Shown here piece by piece: positions 28,046-36,821 of a stretch of DNA of 64,000 nucleotides. The position numbers and the translations under genes are program-made. The notes under the pieces are model-generated. The model did no database searches and had not been told where the DNA came from. It saw nothing but the letters and a program-made list of their open reading frames with translations. The stretch's first letter is position 1, and every line of letters begins with the position of its first letter. This DNA comes from an uncultured virus (IMG/VR IMGVR_UViG_3300008113_011796) (lineage: Duplodnaviria; Heunggongvirae; Uroviricota; Caudoviricetes): IMG/VR virus record IMGVR_UViG_3300008113_011796, one strand, 5' to 3'.

Positions 28046-28608
28046 CAGTCCCTTCTCTTGTCTATCTGCAACGGGCTCAGGTCGATTAGGTTCACGCGTC
28101 CGAATATCGATACCGCGACCTTCACCTTCTTGTCGCTGGCCGACTCTACCTTGCCGTTGAAGCCGTTGAAAGGCCCGTCGAGTATGGTCACCTCCTCGCC
28201 AACGATGAATACATTGGTGTCCAGCTCCTTCTTCTCTTTCTCCTTCTCTTGGTCTCCGAGCATCCTGTTCACCTCCGATACGGAAAGAGGTATGATCTCC
28301 CCGGTCCTGTTGGTCAGGAAGCCTCCTACTCCGTTCATTCCCTTCATGAAGTACTTGAGCTCGCCTACCGCGTTGGTCTCGACGAACACGTAGCTAGGGA
28401 ACTTCACCTTGTCGCGTTTCATCTTCTTGCCGTTCTTAAGGTAGAAAGTGGTCTCGATAGGGACTATCACCTGCTGTACAATTCCCATTAGGTCTCCGAC
28501 CTCGGATTCCTTCTGCAGTTTCTCGCCAACGGATCTCTCCTTGTTAGTCGCCACCCTGATTACGTACCAGTTAGTCTTGGTTGACCTTTGTGTCTTTGTT
28601 GCTTCCAT
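28045..28608 (-). CDS. nusG: Transcription elongation factor NusG
   Basis: NGN 'WYVIRV...KE', 'FPSYVFVE', 'PLSVSEVNRMLG'. KOW 'GEEVTILDGPFNGFNGKV...VSIFGR'. Confidence 0.93.
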   Translation of the reverse strand: MEATKTQRSTKTNWYVIRVATNKERSVGEKLQKESEVGDLMGIVQQVIVPIETTFYLKNGKKMKRDKVKFPSYVFVETNAVGELKYFMKGMNGVGGFLTNRTGEIIPLSVSEVNRMLGDQEKEKEKKELDTNVFIVGEEVTILDGPFNGFNGKVESASDKKVKVAVSIFGRVNLIDLSPLQIDKRRD

Positions 28609-28609
28609 T

Positions 28610-28741
28610 TTATTTTAGTTGTTTTCTTATTCCGTATCCGATGACCTTGTCGTCTATCACGATGGAGGTTATCTCGACTCCGAATAGCCTTCTGAGTACC
28701 GGGTTCATCGTCCTTTTGAGCCACGTGCTGTGCTGTTTCAT
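28610..28741 (-). CDS. 43-aa hypothetical protein
   Basis: MKQHSTWLKRTMNPVLRRLFGVEITSIVIDDKVIGYGIRKQLK. ATGA-coupled and exactly fills the gap. Confidence 0.6.
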   Translation of the reverse strand: MKQHSTWLKRTMNPVLRRLFGVEITSIVIDDKVIGYGIRKQLK

Positions 28742-29157
28742 TTGCCTGTCTGTTTTTCGATTTTCGCCAGGTGAGTCAGCTCGTCCTTGACTATCTCGGG
28801 GTATCTCCTGATGAGGTAGTCGAGGTCGTGGTCGTCGATCCTCATGTGCTTCTTGAGCGACTTCCTCTCCTTGTCGGAGTAACCGCCGTTTTCCTTTTTA
28901 GGTGATTTCGACCAGAAGTTGTCGGGATAGGGCTGCGTCCGCATGAACTGGAACCAGAGTTCCATCGCGATCAGCTTGTCCATCGTCTTGAGGTTCAGCA
29001 GCTGCGCCTTCTCGGGGTAGGTCTTCGAGAAGTAACGGTTGAAGATGAAGAAGTTCAGGATCTTCTCCTCGTCGCTAATCTTGTTGCCTTCCCTGTCGTA
29101 TATCCAGTCTCTCTTTATCCTGAACATCGCGTTCGCCACGTCCGTTATCTTCGCCAT
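28738..29157 (-). CDS. Hypothetical protein, possibly T4 gp62-like clamp-loader small subunit
   Basis: Size and 'FFIFNRYFS...AQLLN...WF.FM...W.K' pattern recall gp62. Weak. Confidence 0.4.
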   Translation of the reverse strand: MAKITDVANAMFRIKRDWIYDREGNKISDEEKILNFFIFNRYFSKTYPEKAQLLNLKTMDKLIAMELWFQFMRTQPYPDNFWSKSPKKENGGYSDKERKSLKKHMRIDDHDLDYLIRRYPEIVKDELTHLAKIEKQTGK

Positions 29158-29566
29158 CTATCAAGTCGTTTATGAGTTTGTGCCTGTGCCATTTCCTGTC
29201 GACGTGCGAGAGGAAGTCCAGGCCGAATATTTCTATCATCTCGTCGTCGGAAAGTTCATCTGTGAACGTCGTGCCCGCCGGTACTCTCTGGCCGTCCTGC
29301 GTCACGATGACGAACTCGCCGGTCCTCGGGCAGTACTCGTGCCCTGCGAGTCCGTACCTCTTCGGATCCTGTATCCTCTGCTTGATGTCTGCTATCTGCC
29401 TCGGAAGATCCTCGATTTCTTGGCAGACGCACCACTGGCAGTAGTAGCAGAGTATCTTCAACAACGTACTCTCCTCGTGGTGCCATCCGAAGACCGGGGA
29501 TACCACGCCTATCCACCTGATGTAGTAGTGGTCGAGCATGTAGTAGTCGAAGGCCTCACTTGCCAT
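29075..29566 (-). CDS. Hypothetical protein with tag-like RHKLINDLID near its C-terminus
   Basis: 163 aa; the tail overlaps the next gene. Confidence 0.65.
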   Translation of the reverse strand: MASEAFDYYMLDHYYIRWIGVVSPVFGWHHEESTLLKILCYYCQWCVCQEIEDLPRQIADIKQRIQDPKRYGLAGHEYCPRTGEFVIVTQDGQRVPAGTTFTDELSDDEMIEIFGLDFLSHVDRKWHRHKLINDLIDGEDNGRGERDVQDKERLDIRQGRQQD

Positions 29567-29903
29567 CTCTCCTCCTTTTTCTTTCCGCCTTTATCGCGTC
29601 GATTATCACTTCTATCTCCTCGTTGGGCTCCTTCATCTCGCGCTTCCACCTTCGCTCGACCATCAGCTTGAACACCACGAGATGTACCGTCAGCATCAGA
29701 AGTGCGTCGCCGGGAGTGAGAACTATTCCCATCGCGAAGCACGAAAGTGAGTAGAAGCCAGTGGCTATCAAAAGGGTGAAGAAGTACGAGAATATAATTC
29801 CGGTCAGGGTGTAGAGTACCCTGGCCAGCGTAAGGTTGACGAGCAGCTTCCTGTCGCTCGCCGTCTGTATCTCGTCCAGCATCTTTTTAGTTTCGTCGTC
29901 CAT
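29556..29903 (-). CDS. Membrane protein (2 TM)
   Basis: Long hydrophobic stretch 'VLYTLTGIIFSYFFTLLIATGFYSLSCFAMGIVL...LLMLTVHLVVF'. Confidence 0.75.
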   Translation of the reverse strand: MDDETKKMLDEIQTASDRKLLVNLTLARVLYTLTGIIFSYFFTLLIATGFYSLSCFAMGIVLTPGDALLMLTVHLVVFKLMVERRWKREMKEPNEEIEVIIDAIKAERKRRRDGK

Positions 29904-29933
29904 AACCTTTCTATGGCGTCGAACTAGGTAAGT

Positions 29934-30914
29934 TTACAGCGTGTTGGCTACCCTCTCGTAAGTGCTCTCCATCTTGTCGACAATCTCCTTCGGCAGGTTG
30001 TGCTGCCTTAGGTCGATGAGCTTGAAGTTGTCCTTTATGTTCTCGACGATGTCGGGCATCTTGCTCTTGCTGAGCTTCTTCTTCTCGCAGATGAGGTCCG
30101 CTATGTTATCGAGCAGGTCAGGGTCTCCGAGGTTCAGCTCTCCGAACTCGGCTATGTACATGTCGTAGATGCCTTTGGCGCCCTTGGCTCCGATGCCCCT
30201 CGTCTTACCGTTCTTGGTTTGTTGCCAGACCGATGAGATGTTGTCGCTTTGGTCTCCCGAGATTATCTTTATGATGAGTGACTCTATCGGGTCTATCTCG
30301 TTTATCTCGTACTTGTTGAGGAAGCGGCTCATCATCATTATGAACTCCGAGTTGTCGTTGAGGTTGAATATGTCGTCGTTGGGCAGCTTCGACACGCGGT
30401 TCATGAACATCTGGTAGTTCTTCGGCATGAACAGCTTCTCTCGGTTGTGCATCTCGTTACTCATTATGTTGATGCAGAGCGGGTCGAGCGAGAAGTTGAC
30501 CATTTGTTTGATGTCGTAGTCGTTAGAGACGATTATAGTCGACCTGCCGTTCGAGTTGGCCTGGTTCACCAGGAATGAGATCCAGTCGTCGCCCTCTACG
30601 TGCGGCGCCTCGAGCACTTTGCACCCTGGCACTGATTGCTTGAACTCCCCGTAGGAGGTGTAGACGAACTGCCAGTCAATGTCTGAGTCCTTCTTGCGCG
30701 TGGCCTTGTATGCGTTGGTTAGCTGTTTCCTCCAGGACTTCTCCTTTGAATCCGATACGAGGTAGATGTTGCTGAACGGGTACCACTTGCGGTAGTTGTT
30801 CAGTGTGTTTTCGAGCGACTTATGGAGCGCCCCATACAGTAGGTTGTTCTTATGTAGAGTAAAAACAAGCTTTGACAGTATGTAGTTTCCATCGATGATG
30901 AGATCTACTAACAT
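29934..30914 (-). CDS. 5'-3' exonuclease / T4 RNase H-like (FEN family)
   Basis: 'LIIDGN', 'SWRK...YKATR', 'EGDDWI', 'IVSNDYD', 'GDQSDNI'. Confidence 0.88.
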   Translation of the reverse strand: MLVDLIIDGNYILSKLVFTLHKNNLLYGALHKSLENTLNNYRKWYPFSNIYLVSDSKEKSWRKQLTNAYKATRKKDSDIDWQFVYTSYGEFKQSVPGCKVLEAPHVEGDDWISFLVNQANSNGRSTIIVSNDYDIKQMVNFSLDPLCINIMSNEMHNREKLFMPKNYQMFMNRVSKLPNDDIFNLNDNSEFIMMMSRFLNKYEINEIDPIESLIIKIISGDQSDNISSVWQQTKNGKTRGIGAKGAKGIYDMYIAEFGELNLGDPDLLDNIADLICEKKKLSKSKMPDIVENIKDNFKLIDLRQHNLPKEIVDKMESTYERVANTL

Positions 30915-31010
30915 TAGCTTTTATCTATTTTAGGTTATATAGAAAAAAAACTCGCCGTTGTTTCGGGCCAACCGCCTCATTTTTAGGAAGATATTTTTAT
31001 ATATAAGTGT

Positions 31011-32276
31011 ATGAGATATTTGAAGAGATACTTAGAATCTTTCGAAAGTGAAAAGATTTCTATGTTCGATAGTGAAGGTTGGAAGAAGTTCCTACCGGAC
31101 GAATTAACCATCTTAACGAATGATGGAAGGTGGATTCTTAAGAGACCTGATGAGGACTATGGTATGGGTCATGCAACAAACATAATGGGGCATATGAACG
31201 GTATACAGATAAACTATGTACAAAACACTGCAGAACATGGTGATGTGACCAGAGACGGTGAGCCTGATCAGTTAGAATTCGACATAGACATAACCAAAAA
31301 TAATGACGGAACTAGTGCAAATCCAGAAACGCTAAAGTTGGACGTTGACATAACTTACGGAGATGCGATGAAGGTAGAGTTTTCAATCGAGAAGCCGAAC
31401 AGGATTTCTGTTGGAAATTACAATGGATTAGGATCGAAATATGATCCTGATACATTCTTCGGTTTCGAGGATGATTCACTGAAGGCGATCGTCGACTTCT
31501 TTAACTCATGGGGATACGAACTCACGGTAAAGGACTTCGCGTTCATCGATAAATATCCGGACAGTTACGTACATACAAACGAAGATATAACTCTAAATCC
31601 GGGATTCGATGATAAATATGTACTTGTAGTGAATAATAGTGTACCTCCTGCGAATAGGTATCTCGATAACTTATTGAAGTATCTCAATCTTAGAGGTCTT
31701 CAGTTTAAGATTGCGAGTACTGCGAGTGACGTAGAGAAGTTTGCAGAGAACTTCGACATAATGTGTGCTATATCGACGGGTTCTGAATACAGATATACCA
31801 AAGGAGAGGGTGACAAAGGAGCAACCGAGGCGGCTATGCGGATAGGTTGTCCAGTTTACGGAATCTGTTGGGGATTCCAGATACTGGCAGATATAGAGGG
31901 TGGAGAGGTTGTTGATTCGGGTAAGTTCGTACATGGAACTTACGAAGTATCTTCAGTCGAACATCCATTGTTCGAAGGTTTAGATATGGAGAACGCACAA
32001 TTCAGCTTCTCTTGCAACGATGATGTTTCGGTTTGTCCAAACGGATTCGAAGTTCTTGCAAGGTTGGATGATAGAATAGTTGCCATCGGAAACGAAGATA
32101 AGAGGTTCTACGGAAGTCTCTTTCACCCGGAAGATATAGAGTATACACAAAAGGTACTCGACAACTTCATAGCTATGTGTGACGGTGGAAGAGTTCAGGA
32201 TGTAGAGGATCTAAAAGGCAATAATAAGGTAAAGAAGGTTATTGATAGTTTCGAATCTTTCAAAAATAAGAAATAA
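31011..32276 (+). CDS. Fusion: unknown N-terminal domain + class I glutamine amidotransferase domain; N-terminal tag
   Basis: 'PVYGICWGFQ' (catalytic Cys), 'FHPE'. Starts MRYLKRYLESFE, ends KVIDSFESFKNKK. TATATATA box at 30998-31005. Confidence 0.8.
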   Translation: MRYLKRYLESFESEKISMFDSEGWKKFLPDELTILTNDGRWILKRPDEDYGMGHATNIMGHMNGIQINYVQNTAEHGDVTRDGEPDQLEFDIDITKNNDGTSANPETLKLDVDITYGDAMKVEFSIEKPNRISVGNYNGLGSKYDPDTFFGFEDDSLKAIVDFFNSWGYELTVKDFAFIDKYPDSYVHTNEDITLNPGFDDKYVLVVNNSVPPANRYLDNLLKYLNLRGLQFKIASTASDVEKFAENFDIMCAISTGSEYRYTKGEGDKGATEAAMRIGCPVYGICWGFQILADIEGGEVVDSGKFVHGTYEVSSVEHPLFEGLDMENAQFSFSCNDDVSVCPNGFEVLARLDDRIVAIGNEDKRFYGSLFHPEDIEYTQKVLDNFIAMCDGGRVQDVEDLKGNNKVKKVIDSFESFKNKK

Positions 32277-32300
32277 AAGCCGTGATTCACGGCCTTTTTT
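32275..32300. terminator. Bidirectional terminator
   Basis: A-tract GCCGTG-ATT-CACGGC T-tract between convergent genes. Confidence 0.7.
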
Positions 32301-32997
32301 ATTTATAAAGTGTTCTGTATATCACGTCCGGTTTTCCGGATTTATATCTTACTGCAGCATCTATCTTCTCATCGTTCTCGACCTCCAGTTCTTCAGCGTA
32401 TATCGATGTCATCGGATCGTCGATGTTCACCGGTTCGAACTTCCACCCCTCAGGTGTCCACTCATCCACGAATGGATAGTTCGACTCAAGTCTGAAACCG
32501 AGTTCTCTATAGAATCCAGTGAGAAATCCATCAAAGTGGTCTAGCTTGGTACCACCCTTCTCGACCGCCTTCTCAATAAGAAGTCTTCCGATTCCACCGA
32601 CCTTCTCGTTGTTGTGAACGAGTATAATGTCACCGTCTTCCTTCACCGCGAAACCTATGTTGAATCCTTCGACTTTGAATAGGTTGATTGCTGAAAGTTC
32701 CTCCTCTGTGTAAGGTGTCATAAACTCTACTCGTGATGATGCCTTTACAGATGCAAGGAACTCTTCCGGTGTTGTCTCGAGACTTCCTCTCATTAGTTTT
32801 TCGATAACCTCGTCCTTGCTTTCCATAATCTCTTCTGCGACTACGTCCTGCATCAGAAGATCGTCGTAGTATACTCTTAGGTAACTGAGTGCGAAGTCTT
32901 CTTCCTCAGTCTGAGTTTGTGCTTGTGTCTGGGTCTGTATCTGTGCCTGCGGTGCCAGGCTTTCCTTTACGAATTGGATGTACCTCTTTAGTCTCAT
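32299..32997 (-). CDS. Hypothetical GNAT-like protein with N-terminal tag (MRLKRYIQFVKE)
   Basis: 'GIGRLLIEKAVEKGGTKLDHFDGFLTGFYRELGF' resembles GNAT motifs A/B. QT-repeat linker after the tag. Confidence 0.6.
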   Translation of the reverse strand: MRLKRYIQFVKESLAPQAQIQTQTQAQTQTEEEDFALSYLRVYYDDLLMQDVVAEEIMESKDEVIEKLMRGSLETTPEEFLASVKASSRVEFMTPYTEEELSAINLFKVEGFNIGFAVKEDGDIILVHNNEKVGGIGRLLIEKAVEKGGTKLDHFDGFLTGFYRELGFRLESNYPFVDEWTPEGWKFEPVNIDDPMTSIYAEELEVENDEKIDAAVRYKSGKPDVIYRTLYK

Positions 32998-33689
32998 CTG
33001 ACGTTCTCTATCATTTTTGTGAGAAGCTCGCCGACCTTCTCAATCTCGGGTAGCAGCCTCTTGTTCATCTCGAACATGAAGCCCTGCACCCTCTGGTCTT
33101 TCAGGTAGTGGTCGCCGGGTATCAGGCAGCCTATGAACGGCTCGTTTACCGCGACGGTGTACCCGTAGATCTCTACCGTATCTATTAAAATACGGAGGTG
33201 GCTTTCCGTCAGGTGAAACTCCTCGTAGCCGATGCAGACGTCGGGCCTCTTCAAATCTTTGTGTAGCTCGTACGGCAGCGCCTCGTCTGCGAACGAGTGT
33301 ATGTCCACGAATAGTACCTCTTCATCGGTGTCGCACTCGCGGTTCAGCCTTTCGTGGTGATTGCGGTAGTGTATCTTTATTTCCGTTGGGTCATCGACCT
33401 TTCTTATCTCTCGACCTTTGTGCGAGTGCGTGTAGACCACGCCCATCCCTACTGCGTTCATCTCCTCTTCCTCGGAGTCGAACCTCTCCACATCGCAGAA
33501 GACCCTGGAGTAAGGGAAGTGTATGTCGGTTGCTGTTATGTTTTGAGTGACGATTGCTGCCAGTTCCTTTGTGCCGTGGTCTGCCAGCGTGTCTGCGCAC
33601 TCCTGCGCGTGTGCCAGGTCGGTGTAGTCCTTTCGGAACTCCTCAGGTATTAGCGTCGACGCGTGTGGTATGTGCAGTATTACTTTCAT
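32994..33689 (-). CDS. N-formylglutamate amidohydrolase-like protein
   Basis: 'ILHIPHAS', 'SRVFCDVERF', 'VDIHSF', 'RPDVCIG', 'NEPF.G', 'MFEMN'. Start ATG 33689 after TATATTAG. Confidence 0.85.
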   Translation of the reverse strand: MKVILHIPHASTLIPEEFRKDYTDLAHAQECADTLADHGTKELAAIVTQNITATDIHFPYSRVFCDVERFDSEEEEMNAVGMGVVYTHSHKGREIRKVDDPTEIKIHYRNHHERLNRECDTDEEVLFVDIHSFADEALPYELHKDLKRPDVCIGYEEFHLTESHLRILIDTVEIYGYTVAVNEPFIGCLIPGDHYLKDQRVQGFMFEMNKRLLPEIEKVGELLTKMIENVR

Positions 33690-33712
33690 CTGCGCTAATA
33701 TAGTAATAAATG

Positions 33713-34179
33713 TTACAAGGTTGGGTTTCCGAGCAGGATTTCTATGTCTGTTTGCTCGCCGGTGTCCAGTGTTCTTATGTAGTAGCCGTCCGTCATCCAC
33801 TCGATGTCGCAGTCGTGATAGATTGCCTCGACGTTCTCTTTCGGAACTCTAGGCACGTCGTACCTGTCCGAGGTGAGTATCTGCGCAGGCGCTCCGGCTA
33901 CCTCGATGTAGACGTTCTCCCTCGGATCCGTCAGCAGCGCCGCGAGCTGGTCAAGAAGGAACTTCTTTCCTTCCTTAGAGCCGTCGTGCCCCCATCCGGA
34001 TATCTTGTTGCCGTGCTGTCTCTTCGTTCCGAATATGACCACGTCGGTCTTCGGTTGTCTATGATCTCGATGAGCTCGAACCTGAGCTGAAGCGCCTGGT
34101 CGTATGTGATTCTCGTCCACTTCCTCTTCACGCCAGGAAAGAGGTCCTGGAAGGCCCTGTAGTCTTTTATTCTGCGCAT
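33713..34179 (-). pseudogene. Frameshifted hypothetical gene (N-terminal tag MRRIKDYRAF)
   Basis: Frame from ATG 34179 is protein-like to '...IEIIDN'. Protein-like sequence continues in the -1 frame ('PKTDVVIFGTKRQHGNKISGWGHDGSKEGK...') to the stop at 33713. Confidence 0.6.
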
Positions 34180-34182
34180 TCA

Positions 34183-34767
34183 CTATATATTTCCTTTCCG
34201 TTTCCGGAAAACGAAGTAGGTAGCAGCACCGGCAACCGCACCGCCTATGTGTGCCATATGCCCGATCTTGTCCTTGTCGAAGGCGTGCGGAACCTCCATC
34301 GCTATCAGTACGAAGGTTATGAGTGCCATAGGAAGAATCTTTCTTTCCTTTATGTAGAGATAGGATTTGTCGACCAGCGTGAACAGCGCCACGATGCCGA
34401 AGATGGAACCCGACGCACCGACTATGGTGTCCCCTCTTCCGCTGAGAAGTAAGTGTGCGAGAACGGCGAAGGAGCCGAACGCGAGGTAGGAGAGTATGAA
34501 CTTGGTCTTGCCGAGCCACCTCTCGCAGGCTGGGCCGAAGAAGAAGAGCACGGCCATGTTGTTGTAGAGGTGGCCAAAGCTGTTGTGAAGGAACTGGTAG
34601 GTTATGAACTGGTAGGGTAAGATGTTTGCGCAGTCGAATATGAGCGGCTTGAACCACGTTCCTAGGCCGTAGTGGTCGAGGATCAGCTCGAACGCGAACA
34701 CTATGACGTTGATCCAGAGCAGCGCCTTCGTGGCCGGCTCCATCTTTGTAACGAATCTGTTTTCCAT
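34183..34767 (-). CDS. Rhomboid intramembrane serine protease
   Basis: 'YQFITYQFLHNSFGHLYNNM', 'GASGSIFG', 'HMAHIGG'. Confidence 0.93.
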   Translation of the reverse strand: MENRFVTKMEPATKALLWINVIVFAFELILDHYGLGTWFKPLIFDCANILPYQFITYQFLHNSFGHLYNNMAVLFFFGPACERWLGKTKFILSYLAFGSFAVLAHLLLSGRGDTIVGASGSIFGIVALFTLVDKSYLYIKERKILPMALITFVLIAMEVPHAFDKDKIGHMAHIGGAVAGAATYFVFRKRKGNI

Positions 34768-34781
34768 TCTGTGAAGGTATG

Positions 34782-34807
34782 AAAAAAACCACTCTGTGAG
34801 TGGTTTT
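34782..34807 (-). terminator. Intrinsic terminator
   Basis: AAAACCACTC-TGT-GAGTGGTTTT with a U-tract on the minus strand. Confidence 0.75.
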
Positions 34808-34819
34808 ATGTTAGTATTG

Positions 34820-35062
34820 TTATAGGTCTTCCGGCTTTCCTATCCCCTTGAAGTTATAGTCGCCCGACTTTATCGCTAAGTTGTCTGCCTCGACTGCGTC
34901 TGCGTACTTAGGATGTGCCTTCTCTGTTTCCTTGCAGTCCATGCAGATAACGTCTTGGTTGAACATGCTCATTATGGTCTTTCCGTGCGTTTCGCCGCCG
35001 CATCTGTAGCAGTTATCTGTTTGCATGCTCTCGAAGGTTTTGTACGAATTTAGGTGTTTCAT
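34820..35062 (-). CDS. Small zinc-finger protein with N-terminal tag (MKHLNSYKTFES)
   Basis: 'CYRCG...IMSMFNQDVICMDCKE...YNFKGIG'. Confidence 0.8.
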   Translation of the reverse strand: MKHLNSYKTFESMQTDNCYRCGGETHGKTIMSMFNQDVICMDCKETEKAHPKYADAVEADNLAIKSGDYNFKGIGKPEDL

Positions 35063-35088
35063 CTGTATAATAAAAGTTTTCTTATATA

Positions 35089-35442
35089 TTATTCCTCGGA
35101 ATCGTTTCTCAGCACCATGCCTATGATAAGGTCCCGCTTCAGCGCCTTCAGCTCCTCGAGCACCTGTGTCGGACTGCCCGGCCTTTGCACCATCGAGTCG
35201 TACCTGGCCTCTGCCGTCTTCCTAGTGATGTGTGAATCGATTATCTTCTCGTCCAGAGGCCTCCTGTTGGCCCACAGCCAGTCACCGACTATGTAGGACG
35301 GCATGTTGACCACCTCCCTTATCTTGTGGGGATCCGCCTCGAGCTGCCAGTAGGCTTCCTGCATCTCGAATATTATCGAGCCCTCGTCCATATACGGTGA
35401 CTCGACGTGCGAGACTATCAACCAGTCCTTGGTGTCCATCAC
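35089..35442 (-). CDS. Hypothetical protein with C-terminal tag (RDLIIGMVL)
   Basis: ATGA-coupled to the topoisomerase stop. Confidence 0.7.
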   Translation of the reverse strand: MMDTKDWLIVSHVESPYMDEGSIIFEMQEAYWQLEADPHKIREVVNMPSYIVGDWLWANRRPLDEKIIDSHITRKTAEARYDSMVQRPGSPTQVLEELKALKRDLIIGMVLRNDSEE

Positions 35443-36779
35443 TTGAATTTCTTTTTGAGGTCGTCGAGGTCGTCGAGGTACATGTCCTTCGGGTCGGTCT
35501 CCTCCAGTTTCTTTATCTCGGCTTTCTTCGCTGTGAAGTCCGCCTTCAGCTTCTCGAAGAGCTCCTGCGTCAGGGAGTAGATAGGCATTCTAAGGAGGTA
35601 GTCGTAGCTGCCCTCTATGAGGTCCAGTCCGAGCGTCTCTATTCCCCTGACGATCTCTGCCTTCGGAACGTTGTTTATCTTCAGCTTCTCGTCCAGGATC
35701 GCCTTTATGAAGCGCCCTCTGTTGCTGAGCAGCTTCAGGTCCTTGTTCATCCTGTCGAGCAGGAAGGCCTTCCTCTTGTGGTAGTAGCCGAGCCTGAACT
35801 CGACGAAGTACTCGATTATCTCCTCGGCGCTCTGGAATATCCTGAGCTTACCGTTCTCGTCGAGCGTTGAGAACGCCTCCGTCTCCGCCTCCTCGAGCTT
35901 CAGCAGCTTTATGAGCTTCTCGTCGTCAAGCTGCTCCAGGTCCGCCCTGGTGAACTTTATTGTGTAGTCGCAGTTGTCCGCGCAGTTGTCGTCGTAGGAC
36001 ACTATCTTCTTCTTCTCGCAGAGGTCGTCGAGTATCTCCTCGTACTTCTCGTAGGTGTGTGAAGGCGGAAGCTCCGTTATCCTGACTGTGGAGGTGTTTA
36101 CCCTCTGGAACTTGCCTCGGATGATCCACCTCTTGTGGTTGTCGGGATCCCTTGTGAACTCGCCTGTGAACTCGTTCAGCGACGGCTTGACCTCCCTCGG
36201 CGTCCTTCCCTTTATGACGTCGATGCACGCGTCGGCTATGCCCTTCACGTCCCTGTTGAGGACGTTCGACGTGAAGCCTACGGATATGCCCTGCGATCCG
36301 TTTATCAGTACGGTTGGTATGATCGGCAGGAAGTACCTCGGCTCGATGTGCTCGCCCTCCTCTTCCTTGAAGTCGAGAAGCTCGAAGTCCTTGTACAGCA
36401 GCCTGAAGTTGTTCGTAAGCTTCGTTCCGATGTACCTCGGCGCGGCCGCCTGTGGCGACCTGAGCGAGCCGAACTGTCCTATCTCCTCAAGCAGCGGCGC
36501 GTTGTTCTTGAACTTCTGCGCCATGGTGATGATCGCGTTCTCCAGCGAGGACGAGCCGTGGTGGTAGAACGCGTCGCTGGCGACCTTACCTGAGAGCTGG
36601 AATACCTTCAGCGGTTTCTCCTGCCCGGTGCGCCAGATGTTGGCGCTCACGTGTATAATCTTCCTGGCGGTCGGCTTGAACCCGTCTATCACTGACGGTA
36701 TCGCGCGTCCCTCGATGGTGTACATCGCGAACTCCTTGTACTCGTCCGCGAGGAAGTCTGTTATCGATTTTTGACTCAT
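35439..36779 (-). CDS. Type II DNA topoisomerase, breakage-reunion subunit (T4 gp52/GyrA-like)
   Basis: 'RAIPSVIDGFKP', 'YHHG', 'GQFGS', 'AAPRYI' (catalytic Tyr), 'ITELP'. Confidence 0.96.
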   Translation of the reverse strand: MSQKSITDFLADEYKEFAMYTIEGRAIPSVIDGFKPTARKIIHVSANIWRTGQEKPLKVFQLSGKVASDAFYHHGSSSLENAIITMAQKFKNNAPLLEEIGQFGSLRSPQAAAPRYIGTKLTNNFRLLYKDFELLDFKEEEGEHIEPRYFLPIIPTVLINGSQGISVGFTSNVLNRDVKGIADACIDVIKGRTPREVKPSLNEFTGEFTRDPDNHKRWIIRGKFQRVNTSTVRITELPPSHTYEKYEEILDDLCEKKKIVSYDDNCADNCDYTIKFTRADLEQLDDEKLIKLLKLEEAETEAFSTLDENGKLRIFQSAEEIIEYFVEFRLGYYHKRKAFLLDRMNKDLKLLSNRGRFIKAILDEKLKINNVPKAEIVRGIETLGLDLIEGSYDYLLRMPIYSLTQELFEKLKADFTAKKAEIKKLEETDPKDMYLDDLDDLKKKFK

Positions 36780-36821
36780 GCTTGTATATATCGGCTTTCG
36801 GTTCTTTTATATATAGACAAT

